Below are positions 8,868 through 18,346 of a stretch of DNA of 64,000 bases, in pieces. The notes beneath the pieces are model-generated. The model made no database searches and was not told the origin of the DNA. It worked only from the letters and a program-made list of their open reading frames with translations. The DNA comes from Terriglobia bacterium (lineage in GTDB: Bacteria; Acidobacteriota; Polarisedimenticolia; Polarisedimenticolales; JAIQFR01). Location of the stretch: NCBI GenBank assembly GCA_963748015.1, contig CAVVHE010000008.1, positions 47,049 through 111,048 of the forward strand, written 5' to 3'. The translations under genes were made by a program, and so were the position numbers. Position 1 is the stretch's first letter. Every line of letters begins with the position of its first letter.

Positions 8868-11200
8868 GCGTGGCCGCACCCGCCGACGCGCGGACCCGCG
8901 AGGTCGTCTACGACGACGCGGTGGTTCGCCAGTTCGTGCTCGCGACCCTCCTCTGGAGCCTGGTCGCCTTCCTCGTCGGGCTCCTGGCCGCGGCGCAGCT
9001 CGCGCACTGGCAGGCGAACCTGGGGCAGAGCTGGCTCGCGTTCGGGAGGCTCCGGCCGCTCCACACGAACGCCGCGATCTTCGCGTTCGTCGGGAACATG
9101 ATGTTCGCCGGGATCTACTACAGCACGCAGCGGCTGCTCAAGACCCGGATGGCCTCCGACGTCCTCTCGCGGGTGAACTTCTGGGGGTGGCAGCTCATCA
9201 TCGTGCTGGCCGCGGTGACGCTCCCCCTGGGGCTGACCGAGGGGAAGGAGTACGCCGAGCTGATCTGGCCCGTGGACGTCCTCGTGGCCGTGATCTGGGT
9301 GGTGTTCGCGGTCAACTTCTTCTGGACGGTCGCCGTCCGGAACGAGCGGAACCTCTACGTCTCGCTCTGGTTCTACATCGCGACGATCGTCACGATCCCC
9401 GTTCTTTACATCGTCAACAACATGCAGGTCCCGACGGGGCTCCTGCACTCCTACTCGGTGTACGCGGGGGTGCAGGACGCGCTCGTGCAGTGGTGGTACG
9501 GCCACAACGCGGTGGGATTCTTCCTGACGACGCCGATCCTCGGGATCATGTACTACTTCGTCCCGAAGGCCGCGGACCGGCCCGTGTACTCCTACCGGCT
9601 CTCGGTCGTCCACTTCTGGGCGCTCGTGTTCGTGTACATCTGGGCGGGGCCCCACCACCTCCTGAACACGTCGCTCCCCGACTGGGTGCAGACGCTCGGG
9701 ACCGTCTTCAGCATCATGCTGCTGGCCCCGTCGTGGGGCGGGATGGTCAACGGGCTCCTGACGCTTCGGGGCGCGTGGGACCGCCTCAGGACCGACCCCG
9801 TGCTCAAGTTCTACGCCGCGGCGATCACGTTCTACGGCATGTCCACGTTCGAGGGGCCGCTCCTCTCGATCAAGACGGTCAACGCGCTGGGGCACTACAC
9901 CGATTGGATCATCGGCCACGTCCACGGCGGGGCGCTGGGCTGGAACGGCTTCATGGCGGCGGGGATGCTCTACTGGATCGTGCCGCGGCTGTGGGGCACG
10001 AAGCTCCGCTCCACCCGCGCCGCGGAGGCCCATTTCTGGATCGGCACCTTCGGCATCCTGCTCTACATGGTCGCGATGTGGATCAACGGGATCAACCAGG
10101 GGCTCTTCTGGAGCGCCCTCGACGCCGACGGCTTCCTGAAGTATCCCGACTTCATCCAGGGGCTTCTCAACGCGTACACCCTCTACATCGCGCGGCTGAT
10201 CGGCGGCCTCGCGTACTTCGCCGGCTTCGTCCTGATGGCCGTCAACCTCTGGCGGACGATCCGGTCCGGCTCCCCGACGACGGTCCGCGCGACGGTGGCC
10301 GTGCCCGAGCCCGAGGCCGGCCCGACGTTCTGGTCGCTGGTCAAGGGGGCGCCCGCGGTCCTGTCCGTGATCGTGGTCGTCCTCGCCGTGTGCCTCGGCC
10401 TCGCCGGCCCGGTCGTCACCCCGCTCGTCCTGACGGGAGGAGCGGCCGTCACGGTCGCGGCGATCCTGGTCGCGGGGATGGAGCGCCGGCAGGCTGGGAG
10501 CTGGCACCGTCTCGTCGAGCGCGCGCCGATGACGTTCGCGTCGTTCGTGCTCGTCGCCATTCTCGTCGGCGGCCTGGTCGAGTTGATCCCGAGCATCGCG
10601 ATTCGCCGGACGGTCCCGGCGCCCGGATCCAAGGAGGCGGCGTTCGTCGCGAAGCCGCTGAGCCCCCTCGAGCTCGAGGGGCGGGACCTCTACGTCCGAG
10701 AGGGGTGCTACAACTGCCACAGCCAGATGATCCGCCCGTTCCGCGCGGAAACGCTGCGCTACGGGGAGTACACGCGCCTCGAGGAGTCGATCTACGACAG
10801 GCCCTTCCAGTTCGGCTCGAAGCGGACCGGGCCGGATCTCCAGCGCGAGGGAGGCAAGTACCCGAACCTGTGGCACTACCAGCACCTGATGGACCCGCGC
10901 TCGACGTCGCCGGGCTCGAACATGCCGTCCTACTCGTTCCTGAAGACCGCCCCCCTCGATCTCGAATCCGTGTCGAAGAAGCTATCCGTGATGCGGTCGC
11001 TCGGGGTCCCGTACACCGACCTCGACGTCCGGGGGGCCGCGACCCTCGCTCGGGCGCAAGCGGAGAGCATCCGCGCGGAGCTCGAGAAGGCGGGCGCGAA
11101 GATTCCCGCCGACACCGAGCTGATCGCGATGATCGCGTACCTGCAGCGCCTAGGGCGCGGGCCGCAGTTCTCCTCGCCGGGAGTGGCGGAGGCACGGTGA
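8864..11200 (+). CDS. ccoNO: cbb3-type cytochrome c oxidase, fused subunits I/II (CcoNO)
   Basis: FGRLRPLHTN, QWWYGHNAVGF, WAGPHH, HVH, then EGCYNCHSQMIRP, GSKRTGPDL; GTGA overlap with ccoS. Confidence 0.95.
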   Translation: MSVAAPADARTREVVYDDAVVRQFVLATLLWSLVAFLVGLLAAAQLAHWQANLGQSWLAFGRLRPLHTNAAIFAFVGNMMFAGIYYSTQRLLKTRMASDVLSRVNFWGWQLIIVLAAVTLPLGLTEGKEYAELIWPVDVLVAVIWVVFAVNFFWTVAVRNERNLYVSLWFYIATIVTIPVLYIVNNMQVPTGLLHSYSVYAGVQDALVQWWYGHNAVGFFLTTPILGIMYYFVPKAADRPVYSYRLSVVHFWALVFVYIWAGPHHLLNTSLPDWVQTLGTVFSIMLLAPSWGGMVNGLLTLRGAWDRLRTDPVLKFYAAAITFYGMSTFEGPLLSIKTVNALGHYTDWIIGHVHGGALGWNGFMAAGMLYWIVPRLWGTKLRSTRAAEAHFWIGTFGILLYMVAMWINGINQGLFWSALDADGFLKYPDFIQGLLNAYTLYIARLIGGLAYFAGFVLMAVNLWRTIRSGSPTTVRATVAVPEPEAGPTFWSLVKGAPAVLSVIVVVLAVCLGLAGPVVTPLVLTGGAAVTVAAILVAGMERRQAGSWHRLVERAPMTFASFVLVAILVGGLVELIPSIAIRRTVPAPGSKEAAFVAKPLSPLELEGRDLYVREGCYNCHSQMIRPFRAETLRYGEYTRLEESIYDRPFQFGSKRTGPDLQREGGKYPNLWHYQHLMDPRSTSPGSNMPSYSFLKTAPLDLESVSKKLSVMRSLGVPYTDLDVRGAATLARAQAESIRAELEKAGAKIPADTELIAMIAYLQRLGRGPQFSSPGVAEAR

Positions 11201-11415
11201 GCCTGTTCAGGGAGTTCGTGGCGGCGCAGGGCCTCCCGGGCCTCGGGGCCGCCGCGACCTGCTTCCTCTTTCTCGTCTTCCTCGCCGTCCTCGCGCACGC
11301 GCTCCTCGGACGCGACGCGGCGAAGCGCGCGGAGAAGCTCGCGCGGCTGGCCCTCGACGACGCAGGGGACGGGGAGCGCGAGGGAGCCCACGGGGGCGAC
11401 GGGGGCACCCGATGA
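11197..11415 (+). CDS. ccoQ: cbb3 oxidase small subunit CcoQ
   Basis: GTGA overlap; single TM helix then KLARLALDD; position between ccoO and ccoP. Confidence 0.7.
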   Translation: MSLFREFVAAQGLPGLGAAATCFLFLVFLAVLAHALLGRDAAKRAEKLARLALDDAGDGEREGAHGGDGGTR

Positions 11416-12080
11416 AACGCGTCCGCGACGAGATGCTCGACCACGAGTTCGACGGGATCCGTGAGTACGACAACCCGCCGCCGAACTGGATCATGTGGCT
11501 CCTCTGGGCCTCCATCGTGGTCGCGATCTTCTACTGGATGGGCTACCAGACGTTCGGCGTCGGGCGGCTCCCGACGCAGAAGTACGAGGACGAGATGGCG
11601 CGGGCGGCCGAGGCGCAGCTCGCCAGGATGGGAAAGCAGGAGGTGTCCGACAAGACCCTCCTGTTGATGGCGTCCGTTCCCTCCCGTATCGCGGAGGGCA
11701 GGAAGCTCTTCGAGCAGTTCTGCACCGTCTGCCACGGACCGAACGCGGAAGGATCCGTCGGACCGAACCTGACCGACGCGTACTGGATCCATGGCGGGAA
11801 GCCGATGCAGATCCTCGGCACGGTGACGGCGGGAGTCCCGGACAAGGGGATGGTGGCGTGGGGCGGGCAGCTCGGTCCCGCGCGGGTCCAGACCGTGGTC
11901 GCGTACGTCTTGAGCGTCAAGGACTCGAACCGGCCGGGGAAGGCGCCCCAGGGGCAGCCCGAGCCGCCCGAGGCGCCCGGCGCCGCCCAGAAGGCGCAGG
12001 GCACGGCACCCGCGGCCGCTCCTGCCCCTGGGTCGAAGACCGCCGAGCCCGCCAAGCCCGCTCCCGTTCCCGGGGCCTGA
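11412..12080 (+). CDS. ccoP: cbb3 oxidase subunit III CcoP (monoheme)
   Basis: DHEFDGIREYDNPPPNW, CTVCH, GPNLTDAYWIHGG, KGMVAW. Confidence 0.92.
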   Translation: MKRVRDEMLDHEFDGIREYDNPPPNWIMWLLWASIVVAIFYWMGYQTFGVGRLPTQKYEDEMARAAEAQLARMGKQEVSDKTLLLMASVPSRIAEGRKLFEQFCTVCHGPNAEGSVGPNLTDAYWIHGGKPMQILGTVTAGVPDKGMVAWGGQLGPARVQTVVAYVLSVKDSNRPGKAPQGQPEPPEAPGAAQKAQGTAPAAAPAPGSKTAEPAKPAPVPGA

Positions 12081-12081
12081 C

Positions 12082-13488
12082 GTGGCCGAGCCGGGTGGGG
12101 CGAGGCGTCAGGCGGCCCGGCGGCTGCCCGACCTCGAGACGCCGTTCACCATCAACGAGGACGGCTCGAGGAACTTCCTCCACCCGGCCGACGTCCGCGG
12201 CCGCTGGCAGCGGGTCAAGAACCTCGTCTTCGCGGCTCTGATCGTCGTGTACCTCGCGCTCCCCTGGATCGAGATCGGCGGCCGCCCCGCCGTCCTGCTG
12301 GACATCCCCGGCCGGCGCGCGTTCTTCTTCGGCGCGACCTTCACGAACGAGGACGTGGTGCTCCTCTTCTTCGTGATCTCGGGGATCGGCTTCGGGCTCA
12401 TCCTGCTGACGTCGCTCCTCGGCCGGGTCTGGTGCGGCTTCGGCTGCCCGCAGACCGTGTACCTCGAGGGGGTGTTCCGGAAGATCGAGCGCTGGATCGA
12501 GGGGCCGAGAGAGACGAGGATCCGGCGCAATCTCGGGCCGCCCACCCTCGACAAGGCCTGGCGCAAGGCCGCGAAGCACGCCGCGTTCGTCGCGCTGTGC
12601 CTGGGGATGTCGCACGCCTTCCTCGCCTACTTCATCCCCGCGCGCGACCTCGCAGCACTCGTCCGGTCGAGCCCGTCGGGGCACGGCACGGCGTTTCTCT
12701 GGGGGTGGGTCACGGCGGCGGTCCTGTATCTCGATTTCGCGTGGTTCCGGGAGCAGACGTGTCTCGTCGTCTGCCCGTACGGCCGCCTCCAGTCCACACT
12801 CGTGGACGACTCCACGATCGTCATCGGGTACGACGCCCGGAGAGGGGAGCCGCGGTCGTCCGGGGAGGACAAGGGAGGCGACTGCATCGACTGCCGAAGG
12901 TGCGTCGCCGTTTGCCCCACGGGCATCGACATCCGGAACGGGCTTCAGCTCGAGTGCGTCGGCTGCGCCAACTGCATCGACGCCTGCGACGCCATCATGG
13001 AGCGGATCGGGAAGCCGCGCGGGCTCGTGAGGTTCGACTCGCAGCGCGGGCTCGAGGGGGGCGCGCGGCGCTTCCTGCGCCCGCGCGTGTGGCTCTACGC
13101 GGTCCTCGGCCTCGTCGGGCTCGCGGTCTTCACGGCGGCGGTCGCGCGGCGGGAGCCGTTCGAGGCCCGTGTCCTGAGGACCCGCGGCATGCCGTACGTC
13201 CTCGAGGAGCGCGCGATCCGGAACCTCTTCAACGTGAGGATCCAGAACAAGGAGGCGGAGCCTCGCGCGTACCGGCTCGCGTTCGTTCCGGAGGCTGGAA
13301 AGCCGGTCCCCGAAATCTTGATCGCCGAGTCCGAGGTGACGCTCCCGCCCTTCGGCGACGCGACCGTTCCCGTGTTCGTGACCTTTCCCAGGGAGAGCTA
13401 CTCGGAACCGTTTCCCCTGCGCTTCGCGGTGCGGGACGAGCGCTCGGGGCGCGCGATCGAGGTCGAGGCGACCTTCCTCGGCCCCTGA
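12082..13488 (+). CDS. ccoG: cbb3 accessory protein CcoG
   Basis: GRVWCGFGCPQT, CPYGRLQ, CIDCRRCVAVCPTGIDIR, CVGCANCIDAC. Confidence 0.93.
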   Translation: MAEPGGARRQAARRLPDLETPFTINEDGSRNFLHPADVRGRWQRVKNLVFAALIVVYLALPWIEIGGRPAVLLDIPGRRAFFFGATFTNEDVVLLFFVISGIGFGLILLTSLLGRVWCGFGCPQTVYLEGVFRKIERWIEGPRETRIRRNLGPPTLDKAWRKAAKHAAFVALCLGMSHAFLAYFIPARDLAALVRSSPSGHGTAFLWGWVTAAVLYLDFAWFREQTCLVVCPYGRLQSTLVDDSTIVIGYDARRGEPRSSGEDKGGDCIDCRRCVAVCPTGIDIRNGLQLECVGCANCIDACDAIMERIGKPRGLVRFDSQRGLEGGARRFLRPRVWLYAVLGLVGLAVFTAAVARREPFEARVLRTRGMPYVLEERAIRNLFNVRIQNKEAEPRAYRLAFVPEAGKPVPEILIAESEVTLPPFGDATVPVFVTFPRESYSEPFPLRFAVRDERSGRAIEVEATFLGP

Positions 13489-13531
13489 CGATCCTCGGTC
13501 CCCGGGGACGATGAGAAAGGAGGTCTCCGAG

Positions 13532-13903
13532 ATGACCGGTCGAACGATTTCACGGCGCATCTCGCTCGCCGCGTTTCTGATCGCGGCGCTTTCCTGCTCG
13601 ACGGGAGGCGACTCCCTCTCGTTTTCCCCCGACGCCCTTCCGACGGTCCGCGTCGGCGTCCCGTTCACCGTGACGATCGCGGTGCACAACAACGACCAGT
13701 CGATCGGCGCCATCTCCGTCGTATCCGGGGCGCTGCCTCGGGGCGTCAACCTTCGATATGCCAGCCCCCAGAGCACGGCGACGCTAGAAGGGACTCCGGA
13801 GGAAGCGGGCACCTTCGCGTTCACCCTCGCCGCGTACTCCTATGGCGTCGGCGGCCCGTTCCAGCAGGGGAAGAAGGACTACCGTCTCGAGGTTCAGCCG
13901 TAG
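13532..13903 (+). CDS. Small lipoprotein with putative Ig (He_PIG-like) domain
   Basis: GGAGG RBS, lipobox-like AALSC, SGALPRGV...LEGTPEEAGTFAFTL. Confidence 0.65.
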   Translation: MTGRTISRRISLAAFLIAALSCSTGGDSLSFSPDALPTVRVGVPFTVTIAVHNNDQSIGAISVVSGALPRGVNLRYASPQSTATLEGTPEEAGTFAFTLAAYSYGVGGPFQQGKKDYRLEVQP

Positions 13904-14270
13904 CGTGCGTTCCCACGGCGAGCTCATCGCATTCCTCGGCGGCGAGGAAACGAAGCGGTGACGCCGAGCGCACGTCGCAACCAATAGGGGGTGCAGCGTC
14001 CCGGCCGCCACGGGCGCGATTCTCGACGCCGGCGCCGACGGCTTCACGATGACGAGCCGGTCGGAGTTGTGGCCTCTTCCGGAGGAGGTTGTCTTCGCCG
14101 GCCGGTACGAGGTGGCGTGACTCGGACGTCCGGCACGATCCGAAGTCCCATGGCTGGGGCCCGAATACGTTTTCGTGCTCATCTCCGCCGTTGACGTGCG
14201 CTCGCGTCGTGGGCGGCGGCATATATTGATCACCATGGCCGCGCCCCGCTCGCGCGGCGAGGTGATCGAC

Positions 14271-17200
14271 GTGCGCAACCGGATCCTACCGATCGTCCTT
14301 CGGGGGCTGGCGCTGCTGATCTGGCTCACCGCCGCTTACCCGAGTGCCGGAGCGACCGCGCCCGAACCCCCCATCGAGCTCGACATGGCGAGGGGAACTT
14401 TCCGTCCGCTCGAGGACGGGACCGGCGCGCCGCCAACCTGGTTCAAGGCCGCGGAGATACGGACCAGCGCGGCCCGGTGGCGCTACGTGGTTGCCATCGC
14501 TCGCGCTCCGCTGAGTGCCGGCGAGAGGCAACAGCTCGAGGCTGCGGGCGTTGAGCTGATCGGCTACATCCCGCGAAATGGATACCGGATCCGTCTGGCC
14601 CCGGAGGCGGAGAGCGCAGTGCGCCGCCTGCCCTTCATTGCGTGGCTCGGCGAGGTTCCTGCTCACTTCAAGCTCGAGCGCGGACTCGCCGCGCGGGCGG
14701 AAACCCCCGCGGCCGCCACGGCCGTTCGCGTCGTGCTCGCCGCCGGAGAGCCCGAGGGGCGCGTCATGGCGGCCATCGCCGGTCTCGACTCGACTGCCGC
14801 CCCATCGGGTTTCGGCGGGGCGTGGCGAATCCATGTGGCGGTGCCCGGCGGCCGGTTCGCGGGGCTTCTATCCTCTCTCGCGTACCTTCCGGAGGTCGAG
14901 GCGATCGAGTCGGCAAAGCCCGTTCGGGCCTTCAACCAGGACGCCGTCTGGGTCCACCAGTCCTTCGTCGGCCCGTCACCGCAGCAGACCCCGGTCTTCG
15001 ACCACGGCATCTTCGGCTGCGGCCAGATACTTGCCATTGCAGACACCGCGCAGGATTACGACGCCTGCTACTTCCGCGACACGGTCAACGGTCCTCCACC
15101 GGTCGCCACGTGCAGCTTGCCGCCCTGCCCGCCCGCCGCCCCGGCGCCGAGTCGCCGGAAGGACATCCTCTACTACGACTGGTCGGGCGGCCCCACGGGC
15201 GAAGCGGATACGTGTCCCGCCACGATCACGGGGACCTCCGGGCACGGCACGCACACCTCGGGAACGCTCGCCGGGGACAACTCCCCGTATGCCGACTGCT
15301 CGAGTTTTTCCACGCCCAACCGGAGCGGCGGCGACGGCCTCGCCCCCGGCGCGAAGCTCGTCATCGAGGAGCTCGGCGACGGCTTCGAGTACCTGAACAA
15401 CCTCGGCGGGACGCTGTGGAACCTCGCCGACGTCGCGTTCCAGAGCGGGGCGCGGATCCACTCGAACTCGTGGGGTGGGGCCTGCTACGACGTCTTCGGA
15501 ACTTGCACGCCGGGCTGCACCATGCCCTACGACTCCTACGCGCGCGACGCCGATCTCGCGATGTGGACCCACCCCGACCTGCTGATCGTCACCGCCGCCG
15601 GAAACGGCGGCCTATACTGCCCGCCGCCGATCTCCATCGGCACGCCCGCCAACGCGAAGAACCCGATCTCGGTCGGCTCGGTCGGCCACGGGGCCTCCGC
15701 CTCGATACCTTCGGGGTTCTCGAGCCCGGGTCCGGTCGAGGACGGGCGGCTGGCGCCGACGCTCGCGGCGCAGGGCGAGTTCACCGTCTCGGCGGCGTCG
15801 GATGCGAGCCTGGCCACGAACAACTGCGCGAGCTGCTCCCTCGACGGTACGTCGATGTCCGCCCCTACCGTAGCGGGCCTCGCGGCACTCGTGCGGGAGT
15901 ACTACACGTCCGGGTTCTATCCGGGAGGCGCTCGCAACCCGGCGCAGGGCTTCGTGCCGAGCGCCGCACTGATCAAGGCGACGCTGGTGGACGGCGCGGT
16001 TCCGCTCGGCCCGGAAGCGCCGTACCCGGACTTCACGTCCGGCTACGGCCGCGTGCAGCTCGACCGGACGCTCTCCTTCGCGGGCGGCGCGTTCCGCCTG
16101 CGGGTGGACGACCGCCGCGAGGGGATCGGGACGGGGGGCGTGGTGACGCACGCCTACGACGTCTCGGCCGGAACGCCGCTGCGAGCGACGCTCGCCTTCA
16201 CCGATTATCCCGCGGCGATCAACGCCGCGGTTGCGCGGGTCAACGAGCTCGAGCTCGAGGTCGTCGATCCCGCCGGCAACGTCTGGTTCCAGACGCTCGA
16301 TCCGGCGAACGGGCTTCCGGTTCCCAGCTCGAACCCCTCGAACCCTCACGACTCGCGCAACGTCGTCGAGCGGCTGGTGTTCGAGCACCCCGCCGCCGGC
16401 CGGTGGGTCGTGCGGGTCCGTGGCGTGGCGGTTCCTTGGGGGCCCCAGCCGTTCGCGCTCGTCGTGCGCGGTGATCTTGCGGATTGCGCGTCCCCCGCAG
16501 CTCCACCTGCGCCGACCCTCGCGACCCCCGCCGACCGAGAGGTGCTCGTCTCCTGGTCGCCCGTCTCGGGGGCCGCCGCGTACAACGTCTATCGAACCTT
16601 GGGCGCGTGCCCGGGCGGTCCATTCGTGTCGGTCGCGAGTGCGGTGACGGGAACGTCGTTCCTGGACACCACGGTCTCGGGGGGGGTGACCTACGCCTAC
16701 GTCGTCGTAGCCGCCTCGGACGCCTCGGGCTACTGCGAGTCGGCGCGGTCGCCGTGCGCGTCGGTCGTGCCGACGGGGGATTGCTCGCTTGCCCCGTCGT
16801 TCGCCGGCGTCAAGGCCGCGGGGAGCGCCGGCTCGTCGAACTGCGCCGTGAACCTCGCGTGGAATCCCGCGATACCGTACTGTCCCGGCGACGTTCGCTA
16901 CAACGTCTATCGCGGGACCACGAGCGGTTTCGTGCCGGGCTCCTCGAACCGAATCGCCCGCTGCCTCGTCGGGACCTCCTTCACGGACGCGGTGGACCTC
17001 GTGCCCGGCGCGGCGAAATGGTACGTGGTCCGCGCCGAGGACGCCTCGAGCGGACACGGCGGGCCCTGCCGCGGCGGGAACGAGGAGACGAACCTGGCGT
17101 CGCTCGCGGCCGTGCCCGACGGGCCGTCGGCGATCGGGACCTGGACCGACGACGCGGGCGACACGGGTACCGCCAAACTGTCGGCGGTGTCACCCTGGAT

Positions 17201-18068
17201 CGCTGCCCCGACCGGCGGCAACGCGGGACCGGGGGTGTACACCGCTTCCAGCAGCGCGGGCGCCTGCGCGGATCTCACGAGTCCCACGCTCACGCTCGCC
17301 GATCCCGCGCAGGGCCCCCAACTCTCCTTCGCGACAAAGCACGACCTCGAGTACGACCCCTACGGGGAGATCCTCGGGCGCGAAGGCTCGCTCGGTCAGG
17401 TGGAGATCGCCGCAGGCCCCTCGTACTCGAACTGGACCCGTGTGCCGCTCTCTCCGGATTACCCCGCAATCGTCGATTTCGCTTTCAACGATTGCGCGAC
17501 GACGCAAAATCCAGGCAACTATTTCACGGGGCCTCGGCCCGTGTACTCGACCTACTCGGCCTCTCTCGGGAACTGGGCTGGGGGTGATGTGAAGATACGC
17601 TTCCACCTTTCCGGAGATTACCTCTATCCCGGAGGAAGCTGGCAGGTGGATGACGTCTCGGTGACGAAGGCGATGGTCCCGAGCGCATGCACGACGACGA
17701 CTGCCGGTCCTCCGCCGGTCCCCGACGGCGCGATCGTGCCGGGACAGCCGATGAGGGCCTCGAGGAGCGGCGCCAACGTCGCCGTAACCTGGGACACGTC
17801 CCAGTGCCCCGCAGCGGCAATCAACGTGTACCGTGGCGCGATGGGAAGCTTCGCGGCGTTCACCGGGGGCCACTGCGGCCTCTCGCCGACGGGGTCCGCC
17901 ACATTGGCGATCCCGGACAATTCGTGGTTCGTCGTCGCCGCCACCGACGGCGCGAGCAGGGATGGAAGCTACGGCCGAACGCAATCCGGCGGCGAGCTCT
18001 CGTATTCCGGCGCCTCCTCCGCCTGTCCTGGGATCACGAGCCACGTCACGAACAACCCGTGTCCGTGA
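14271..18068 (+). CDS. Secreted S8 (subtilisin/KP-43-like) protease with FN3-like domains and a Cys-rich C-terminal domain
   Basis: Signal peptide; IADT, HGTHTSG, AAGNGG, GTSMSAP; PANAKN; YNVYR FN3 motifs; start uncertain (14235/14271). Confidence 0.88.
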   Translation: MRNRILPIVLRGLALLIWLTAAYPSAGATAPEPPIELDMARGTFRPLEDGTGAPPTWFKAAEIRTSAARWRYVVAIARAPLSAGERQQLEAAGVELIGYIPRNGYRIRLAPEAESAVRRLPFIAWLGEVPAHFKLERGLAARAETPAAATAVRVVLAAGEPEGRVMAAIAGLDSTAAPSGFGGAWRIHVAVPGGRFAGLLSSLAYLPEVEAIESAKPVRAFNQDAVWVHQSFVGPSPQQTPVFDHGIFGCGQILAIADTAQDYDACYFRDTVNGPPPVATCSLPPCPPAAPAPSRRKDILYYDWSGGPTGEADTCPATITGTSGHGTHTSGTLAGDNSPYADCSSFSTPNRSGGDGLAPGAKLVIEELGDGFEYLNNLGGTLWNLADVAFQSGARIHSNSWGGACYDVFGTCTPGCTMPYDSYARDADLAMWTHPDLLIVTAAGNGGLYCPPPISIGTPANAKNPISVGSVGHGASASIPSGFSSPGPVEDGRLAPTLAAQGEFTVSAASDASLATNNCASCSLDGTSMSAPTVAGLAALVREYYTSGFYPGGARNPAQGFVPSAALIKATLVDGAVPLGPEAPYPDFTSGYGRVQLDRTLSFAGGAFRLRVDDRREGIGTGGVVTHAYDVSAGTPLRATLAFTDYPAAINAAVARVNELELEVVDPAGNVWFQTLDPANGLPVPSSNPSNPHDSRNVVERLVFEHPAAGRWVVRVRGVAVPWGPQPFALVVRGDLADCASPAAPPAPTLATPADREVLVSWSPVSGAAAYNVYRTLGACPGGPFVSVASAVTGTSFLDTTVSGGVTYAYVVVAASDASGYCESARSPCASVVPTGDCSLAPSFAGVKAAGSAGSSNCAVNLAWNPAIPYCPGDVRYNVYRGTTSGFVPGSSNRIARCLVGTSFTDAVDLVPGAAKWYVVRAEDASSGHGGPCRGGNEETNLASLAAVPDGPSAIGTWTDDAGDTGTAKLSAVSPWIAAPTGGNAGPGVYTASSSAGACADLTSPTLTLADPAQGPQLSFATKHDLEYDPYGEILGREGSLGQVEIAAGPSYSNWTRVPLSPDYPAIVDFAFNDCATTQNPGNYFTGPRPVYSTYSASLGNWAGGDVKIRFHLSGDYLYPGGSWQVDDVSVTKAMVPSACTTTTAGPPPVPDGAIVPGQPMRASRSGANVAVTWDTSQCPAAAINVYRGAMGSFAAFTGGHCGLSPTGSATLAIPDNSWFVVAATDGASRDGSYGRTQSGGELSYSGASSACPGITSHVTNNPCP

Positions 18069-18346
18069 ACGGGCAGGGGCGAGACCTCCGAAAACCTCGG
18101 CGGGCGGGAACCCGTTCAACCCGCGATTTCGGGGTCGTTCCGGTCCCCACGAACAACGGGCTCGTATCCCGGACCTCGAAAACGTGATTCGAGCCGAAAG
18201 TCGACTTCCGACAATCGCTCTCGCCGCGGGCATTGTCCAGTGGGAGAAGCCGGAACGGAGATTGCTCCGTTTCGTAACGGTCCCGTCCGGCCATCGGCAC
18301 GGAGCGCCGTCGGCGGACGGTTCCAAGCTGCAACGGGGGGTCGGTC

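Noticed and set aside
18069-18346. c-di-GMP riboswitch or other ncRNA upstream of the REC-TonB gene
   Set aside because: Only short hairpins; the GCAAA/GAAA tetraloop-receptor pattern is not convincingly present.
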